A stretch of DNA of 63,706 bases, counting the filler, from Reticulomyxa filosa (Eukaryota; Protista; Foraminifera): assembly GCA_000512085.1 (NCBI GenBank). It is 26 parts of 26 records of this genome, joined end to end, with 100 filler letters (N's around TTAATTAATTAA, not from the genome) between each part and the next. Parts side by side here need not be neighbours in the genome. Positions count along the whole stretch, not along the records: positions 56,231 to 58,771 come from ASPP01009069.1; positions 58,872 to 60,294 come from ASPP01020964.1; positions 60,395 to 62,414 come from ASPP01027540.1; positions 62,515 to 63,706 come from ASPP01001035.1; 22 more parts are not named here. One strand, 5' to 3'. The position numbers were made by a program, and so were the translations under genes. This document shows, one piece after another, positions 56,312-63,706 of the stretch. The notes below the pieces were generated by a model. The model was not told where the DNA came from, did no database searches, and saw nothing but the letters and a program-made list of their open reading frames with translations. Position 1 is the first letter of the stretch. Each line of letters starts with the position of its first letter.

Positions 56312-58740
56312 CAAAGACACGAGTCCACGTGCTGATGACACATTTTGTCCCAGCCTTTGATGTGATACAAAAACTGAACGCACTGAACGCAGAGAATTTG
56401 AAATCGACGTTTTTGACGCAACCGAAGAATGCGTATTTGAAACAACGCGCCATTGGCGAGGAGTATCGGTACATTTTGGAGAGACAAAAGGAACCGCATT
56501 TTGTTGGCAACAGTTTGCAACGACCGTCGTTGTTGATAAAGCCGTTGGAAGTGAAATCCACCAGGACTGCGATCAAGCATGCCAAAACAGGTGGTTCGGT
56601 CCAGCAACAGTCGCTGCCATCGGGTTCGAAAGCGTTCACGTCAACCAATTATGCGAGTCGTTTCGCGAGTGCGAGAAATTTATCGGATAGGGACAGAGAT
56701 GACAACTGCTTGGACTTTTTGATTGCAGAGGCGACAGTCTTGTGCAATTTGAAACCAAACGCAAGCGGAGTGGTTCAAATCGACGCGTCCGAGATTCACA
56801 ACAGCCACACGTTGGTGCGCTGTGTGGCGGCGGACCAAGACCGGGTGGTGTTGTCGTCGCTCGTGTTGTCGTCCAAGAAGAGCACGGAAAAGAGCGATCA
56901 CAAGTCGGAAGAACAGGACAAGGAAGTATCGAAATTCGAGTATGGCGATTTGAGACTGTATCCTGGCTTGGATCCCACCAAGCGATTTACCGAGGCGAGG
57001 GACATTGAACTGTTGGCAGCCAAAGGTGATACGTACCAAGTAACCGATTTCAAATCGTCAGAAGTGGTGACCTTCGACACGGTGGGCGATGCATTCAATT
57101 ATTATGCTTCATTGTCCTCGTCGACCAAAATCGAACTGAAGAAAAGCTGGAAGTTTTTAACGAACTGGCACAACTTGAAGGAGAGCAAACGATTGAGTTA
57201 TTTGGAAGAATACTTTTCGCACGAATTGAACCTGTTTTGTTCAAGAAAGATGCACCGTTTTTCAACGAGGTGTGCAAACCGTTGATCCAATCCAAGCTGC
57301 GCAAAGACATTGTGGATTTGTATTTGCTCGGCCATTTCGACGCTTTGGAAGAATATGCCAATGTAAATGCCTTTGACAAGATGAATGCCTTGGAAAAAAT
57401 ATTAGTGGCACACGCTACCAAAGACAAAGACTTCCGTGCCATGGTGAAAAAACACTTTGTGAAAAAACAGGAAATGATCGAGGAAAACTTGAAACGCTTG
57501 GACGAGTTGTTCACGACGGCCATCAAATGTAAGCAAATGCAAAGTCAAAGTTCTGATTATCGACCAAGCACTCCTTCAAAGAACAGAGAAAAGGAAAAGG
57601 ACAAGAGCAAGAGCAAGAGCAAGAAGTCCGATTCGGACGAAGACGACGATGATGATGAAAGCAGTGAAGCCAGCCAAAGAGGTGGTGGTGGTGGTGATGG
57701 CAGAGCTGTTGGTACCGGCTCAATGACAATCTTTTTGAGGACGTTGACTGGCAAAGTGGTGAACATCAATGTCAACCCAACCGATTCCGTCTCCATTTTA
57801 AAAATGAAAATACAAGACTCAGAAGGAATACCGCCAGATCAGCAGAGACTCATATATAGTGGCAAACAAATGGACGACGATAAAACCTTGCAAGATTATT
57901 CCATTGGTCCCAATGCTACAATACATTTGGTACTGCGCTTGAGAGGAGGGTGCTTTGTTGCCGGCACTTTGGTACGAATGAGCGATGGAACACTGAAGAA
58001 AATTGAAGATATTGCCAGTGGGGATATCGTGTACTCCATGATGGTTGAGAAAACTCAGGTGCTTGCTTGTTTGTAGCAATTGTTGTTGTGTGTACATTTT
58101 TTGTAAAAAAAAAAAAAAAGGGGGGGGTAATATTTTGTGACGTATACGAAAGAGAATTTTTTTTTTCCCCCCGATAGTCTGTGACCACCTGTGCTGTAAG
58201 AAATGTACATCAATTCTTTGTTTCGGAATTGTGCGAAATTGAATTTAGTGATGGCAGCAAAATGATGACGACCCCACAACACCCTATTTATGTCGTAAAT
58301 AAAGGCTGGAGTTGCGTCGACCCGTTTGTCGAAAATGCCAAACACGATAAGGTGTTACAAAAGGGAGATGAAGTGTTCAAATTTGATAATTTAAGCCAAG
58401 GAACTGAACAGTGCCCAAAATTTTCATCAGTGTCTGTGTCCAGTATTCGACATGTATATGCGATCAAGACAATCAAGAGGTCCTTGTCTATACCTTGCAT
58501 TTGGATGATGGTTGCCATACGTACTTTGCCCAAGATATTTTGGTGCACAATACTTTGAGGCTGACCATTCAAACCTCAGACGACAGCTTTATATTAAACG
58601 TGGAATCGGAAATGACCGTGGCACAAATTAAACAGCTGATCGGATTACGCACCGGCCAAGATGTTGCCAACATCCCATTGACTCATCGTGGAGAAATCTT
58701 AGAAAATACTGAAACATTATCGTCTCGTGGAATTTTCAAA
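56312..58740 (+). CDS. Large protein (AbpF-like segment) - ubiquitin - Hint - ubiquitin-like fusion; both ends truncated
   Basis: ORFs 56329, 57237, 58181 and 58411 join through a homopolymer -1 shift at ~57237 (restores ELNLFLFKKD), a phase-0 GT-AG intron 58059-58177, and a -1 shift at ~58460. Confidence 0.8.
57723..57950 (+). other. Internal ubiquitin domain (76 aa, ends LRLRGG)
   Basis: 46/76 identical to canonical ubiquitin by manual alignment. L8, I44, V70, K48, R72 and G75-G76 are kept; K6, K33 and K63 are lost. Confidence 0.95.
57951..58551 (+). other. Hint (intein-like/BIL-like) autoprocessing domain, ~160 aa, no homing endonuclease
   Basis: Block [30 protein letters not shown]; block B TTPQHPIY; GW; LQKGD; block [16 protein letters not shown]; block G ILVHN followed by Thr. 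Confidence 0.92.
58552..58740 (+). other. Second, divergent ubiquitin-like domain (C-terminus lost at intron/contig end)
   Basis: [26 protein letters not shown]...G....[21 protein letters not shown] follows the beta-grasp pattern. Confidence 0.75.
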
Positions 58741-59096
58741 GTTGGTTTAATTTTTTTTTTTTTTTTTTTTTNNNNNNNNNNNNNNNNNNNNNNNNNNNNN
58801 NNNNNNNNNNNNNNNTTAATTAATTAANNNNNNNNNNNNNNNNNNNNNNNNNNNNNNNNNNNNNNNNNNNNAAAAAAAAAAAAGGCCATTTTGACAACGT
58901 ATCAAAAGAAGATAAGGACTACAAAATATACATTGCAAAAATAAAAAAGCTGCTTTTATTAAAATGAAAACACTTAGCATAAAAATGTTTGAATGATAAA
59001 AAAAAAATCGGATATCCACCCCAACTTGTTCAACTGACAGAATGGAGCCAGAATTGAACAACAGCGTGTACCTCTTTTTTTGTCCACTATACAATG

Positions 59097-60162
59097 TCAA
59101 CAAACAAAAGGCAATTTGAGAGCAGCTTGCAAAATTTCACAAAAAAGAAAAAGAGTAACTCCAATAATGTCTTTGCAATGAACGACAGAATGGTTGGTCT
59201 TGTCAATGTAGCCACCAATGAGATGAACAACCGAAGAGGTCTCGCAAAGGACAGCACAACAACTAGCCAGTGGCAATGACAGAGAAATGGAGGACTGTGT
59301 CCAAGTCTCACTATTGATATCAAAAATGAGAATTTGATCTCGACACTTGGTAGAAACTCCGTCATAACCGCCAAACAAAATGATGTAATGATACCAATAA
59401 ACCGATCCGTATCGCCAACACTTGTGCAAGGATGACAAGGACGGTAGTTTTTTAATACAAAGTTCTTTTTATGTTCGTGGTATTCGATAAAAAGCTTTCG
59501 TCTTCGCTTATCAAAACAAACGTGTTGGTTTTCAAAAGAACGAAGCAATGAAATGAGGCTCGGTTTTCATTGGACACTGGCAATACTGCGTTTTGAACGT
59601 CGGAAATATAGCGGTACGATTTCATGTCGATCACTTTGATATGACACCGGTTATGCGTTACAAACAACAAATCCTTGTTTGTTCCACTAATCAAGGCACG
59701 TGCTCCTTGTAGATCGTCGTTATCTCTTCCAATTATCTCCCCATTTGCCAATGGCAGCCATCTGTTTTCCACCTTTTTGCTTGACTCACCACTCCATACG
59801 CTTTGATACCTCATCATCAGGGTGTGGCGTCCATGATATGGACTCCCACCAAAGGAAAGTAGTGTTACTATGTTTTTGTCTTCGCCTGTTCCGGCTTCCA
59901 CATCACACTTAATTACACTATGTCCTTGCAATTCTACATTCCACGGATACTCTGCTGTTTTTTTATACTCCTCCTTCACTACGTGGTACGAGTAACAGTC
60001 ACCGGTTGATATACTTCCACATATCAATACTTCAGCATCGAAAGCCACACACTGACTATCAATCATGTGTGAAGGCAAAGAGACACATGATCTCATTGTT
60101 CTTCTTTTTTTATGAACGAAGTTACACCCTGACAACAGTTTTATATCTCTACTGTTATCCAA
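59097..60162 (-). CDS. Kelch-like beta-propeller protein (frameshifted; possibly a pseudogene)
   Basis: SQCV..EVLICGS..DCYSYH, GHSVIK, LLSFGG, GARALISG, FHCFV, IILFGG, VHLIGG. Confidence 0.7.
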
Positions 60163-60394
60163 GCTCGCTTCTGTATTTCAATCTTGAAATGCAATAACTT
60201 TGAAAAAGCAATTATTTTTGATAAAGAAAATGAACTGGATTTTGATAATTATAAAAAGTAAATATGGATAGAATCATATGTCGTTTTTTTTTTTNNNNNN
60301 NNNNNNNNNNNNNNNNNNNNNNNNNNNNNNNNNNNNNNTTAATTAATTAANNNNNNNNNNNNNNNNNNNNNNNNNNNNNNNNNNNNNNNNNNNN

Positions 60395-60852
60395 ACACTT
60401 ACATATTTCATCACCAATGTATGTTTATTGTTTCCATCATAATCAGATCCAAAAGACAACAAAGTGATTTGATTGTTGTATTTGTCGTTGTTACTGTTTC
60501 TATCTACCAGTTTCACTACACAGTGTCCAGTTAATTCGACATCACTTGGATACTCACAGATAAACTTGTATTCGTTTTTGAGTGTATGATAAGAATAACA
60601 AGCTCTTGTTTTAAGACCTCCACAAATGAGGAGTTCGTGTTTGTGTTGCACACATTGAGAAAGAGAAAGTGGAGTGGGCAACTTCTTAAAAGTTTGAAAG
60701 TGGGTATTAATCTGTTGACTTGGTACAGTTTCTGTTTCAGGAGAGTTTTGTGTTGTAGACAACTCCTTCAAAGTTTGAGAGTGTGTAGTAAGTTGTCGAT
60801 TTTGTTCCGTTTCTTTTTTAGTATCGTTTTGTGTTATAGTTTGATTGTCCAT
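60395..60852 (-). CDS. Kelch-like family protein, 5' part
   Basis: MDNQ..LPTPLSLSQCVQHKHELLICGG..CYSYHTLKNEYKFICEYPSDVELTGHCVVKL..ITLLSFG. Confidence 0.75.
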
Positions 60853-60919
60853 GTTGTTGATGTTTAGGAAGTTTTTAGTATAATTTTTTTTAAAAAAAAG
60901 GGGCTGTGACCTAACCCAT

Positions 60920-62414
60920 TGAGCTGTCACACAATTTGAATTTCCTTCCAATTTAATTAATTGTAATTCGGATTGCACATCCCATAATCGAATTGTTTTA
61001 TCATATGAAGATGAAATAATCTTACTACCATCAGGTGAAAATTGAGCTTTTGAAACGTGTTCTGAATGTCCTTTTAATATTTTCAATTCTTTTCCAGAAG
61101 ATTTGTCCCAAATTCGAATTGTTGCATCACTAGAAGATGAAATAAGTTTAGAATTATCTGGAGAAAAAGAAACACTTGTTACTGATCCAAAATGTCCACG
61201 GTATTCTTTTATTAGTTTGAAATATTTCATCTATATTATAAAATGCAAAAAAAAAAAAAAAAATGATAATAATAATAATAAATAATAATAATAAAATAAA
61301 ATTACCAGAATATATCGTGCAACAATTTTATTTAAATCATCAGGCCAAATCATTTTAACAAATTCTAATCGAATCCAATGTGTAATTATTATTTCAATTT
61401 CTTCCATTCTCTTTTTTTTTTTTTAAAAAAATAATAATAGAATAAATGTTATTATAACCCATTTCAACAGATATCAATTCTTAACTTTCAATTTTTGAAT
61501 TTTATTTTCATGTTCCTTCATTTCTATATCCATCTTTACTTGTTCAAATTCTCTTCTTTCTTTTTCGTTTTCCATCCATTGCATTTCTTCTTTTGTTTCT
61601 GCTTTAAACCATTCATCCACTTTTGTCATTATATGTGTACCTGAAGAATTTGATTTACGTCCTCCAAGAATATGCACATACATATTATCTTCACTTAATA
61701 TTGCAATACAATTATCTGAAATTTGAGGCAAAGTCTTGTCAAATTTCATCCATTTATCTTCGATAATAAAATATTTATGAATTTTCTTGTGAAATAAACT
61801 TATGATTATCTGTTCCACCAAAAAATAAAATAGCATCATTAACATAAACAAATACAGATGGATTAAATGATCTAATTGTTGAACAAACCCATAATTTTTG
61901 AAATTGAAATGTGTTATTAATTTCATTATATTGAATGGAAAATCCTATATCTTTACAAAATAATATCATTTCATTTATATTTTTTAAAATAAAGCAATGA
62001 TAACACATATTATTAGCATAATTATTGCTATGATTATCAATTGGTAGAGTAGTTTCATTTATAAATTTAAACTTATTCAAATCAAATACAAGAATATTCT
62101 TTGGACGATAAGTAATAAATAATAAATTATTATTACTACCACTAATTAATGCACAAGCTCCAAGATAACTATCTTGATTTCCTGCAAAAATTTTTGATTG
62201 TCGACTTTTAGAAACAAAAGGTAACCATTTATTTTTATTTTCTTTTTTTGTCCAAACACTTACATAATTCATAATTAACATATACTTAGATGTTAATCCA
62301 CCAAATGATAATAATCTAATTGAATCTATATTTTTATTACTATTTTCAATTTTTGTTACAACTTGTCCAGATAATGTAATATCATCTGGATATGAACAAA
62401 TAAGTTTATATTCT
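60920..62414 (-). pseudogene. Kelch-like + linker + WD40 gene, truncated after ~2.5 WD repeats
   Basis: Kelch-like ORFs 61775..62281 and 61474..61926, linker exon HWIRLEFVKMIWPDDLNKIVARY, WD40 repeats in 60920-61230. Confidence 0.65.
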
Positions 62415-63706
62415 NNNNNNNNNNNNNNNNNNNNNNNNNNNNNNNNNNNNNNNNNNNNTTAATTAATTAANNNNNNNNNNNNNNNNNNNNNNNNNNNNNN
62501 NNNNNNNNNNNNNNATAATAAAACATTTATCATCTTCTAAGTCGAGATCATCGTGTTAAAATTGGCCTTTGAAAAGCAGTAACTTTACCCCTTCTTTTTA
62601 CTAAAGCGACTTTTCACTTCCAACAAACTTGATCAAAAAATACTTTTCTACTGACAATGTACGAGTGATTTTATCATTTCTATAAATGCATAAAACAAAA
62701 AAAGAACTCCAGTTTTTGAACATTTTTACAAAGAACAATTCATAAAAATTATATCTTGGTTTGCAAAAATATTTTGTGAAGACAAAAGATATTAAATCAT
62801 CGTTTTTGCTTCTTGCAAGTTGTTGGTTCAAAATTCCGAGAGTTTATTTACATTTGTTGTGGACTCAATCAAAGATATTTCATAATTAATGTCTTACATC
62901 TATAATCTGACGACTTCTTTTTTATCGTTATCCAATACAATGTTGTTCACTTGATTAACTAATTCTATCACATAACAAATACCCAATTTAATGAACAATA
63001 AAGTATATTCTTTTGTTTACATTTTGACAAATACATTTGCAATGCGTCACTAGAACAAAAAAATTTGCAATTTAGATGAGTAAAGAACACATAATTATAT
63101 TCTTAAAAAAATCGGATTTATTTGAAATTGAGTGAGATGTGTATTCCATATTTTTAAAGACATTTATTTAAATGGAATGAATGTATAAATGAAAGGTATA
63201 CAAGGTAATGTAATAAAAATAATAAAATTTTGAATAAATATAAATTGAAACAAAATCGTGTTATATTGAAACAAGATTTTATGGATTTCACCAGTATTGC
63301 CTTTTGTGTCGCCTTATGTCATCGCTTTTCCTTCTTCATCAAAATTAATATTTTTATAAACTTTTTTAAAATCGGACATTGACACAAAAATTAAAAACAA
63401 TATCCGCAAAGAGAGTAAATACTTTTTACCCTTCTTCAAAAAAATTGGACATAAAGCTTTGAATTTTTCTTGTTGGATGGTCATTATTACTATAAACTAT
63501 CCTAATGATAACAACGCGAAAATGATATGTTTTGTTGGATGATACAGTAGGTTGCAAAAAAAACTGAACACCTAAAATGCCACCTTATGAGGATGATAAA
63601 TTTTCTTAATGAAAAATAAACATTTAAAGCTAATTTTTTTAAAAAAATATCTACAAGCCTTTTAGTTTTTAAATATGATATTGATTTTTGAATAACTTTT
63701 TTTTAG

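Noticed and set aside
57230-57242. Programmed frameshift in the large Hint-bearing gene (also shifts at ~3214, ~21570, ~52016)
   Set aside because: All fall in mononucleotide runs, and a one-base correction restores conserved sequence, typical of homopolymer sequencing error.
57951-58551. Hedgehog/Hog-type Hint or a mobile intein with homing endonuclease
   Set aside because: It ends in His-Asn followed directly by a Ubl, with no sterol-recognition region, and at ~160 aa it has no room for an endonuclease.

Overview
This window is not a contiguous locus. It is 26 short contigs joined by 25 artificial 100-nt spacers (N44-TTAATTAATTAA-N44), so adjacency between contigs means nothing. Most contigs come from an AT-rich, intron-containing protist genome. 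The expanded WD40, Kelch-like and TRAF-Zn-finger families, many decayed copies and poly-T/poly-A/TA-repeat introns resemble the foraminiferan Reticulomyxa filosa (inference, not verified). Recognisable eukaryotic genes: an RNF213/mysterin-like AAA+ protein, a USP deubiquitinase, cobalamin-dependent methionine synthase (metH), dCMP deaminase, a CCR4-like EEP nuclease, PH-, EH- and J-domain proteins, an NSUN m5C methyltransferase, a Rho GTPase and a Tc1/mariner relic. Three contigs are bacterial: an AT-rich one (IS end, def, DUF218, tRNA-Asp, tRNA-Val; possibly an intracellular alphaproteobacterium), a cusRS-like heavy-metal two-component system, and nqrA. Many single-base frameshifts lie in homopolymers and are probably sequencing errors. 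The standout is 56231-58771. A large protein carries an internal ubiquitin domain ending LRLRGG, fused directly to an intron-containing Hint (intein-like) domain with all canonical splicing residues (Cys1, TxxH, His-Asn, +1 Thr), followed by a second ubiquitin-like domain. It is a candidate self-activating, E1-independent ubiquitin conjugation or protein-splicing module.
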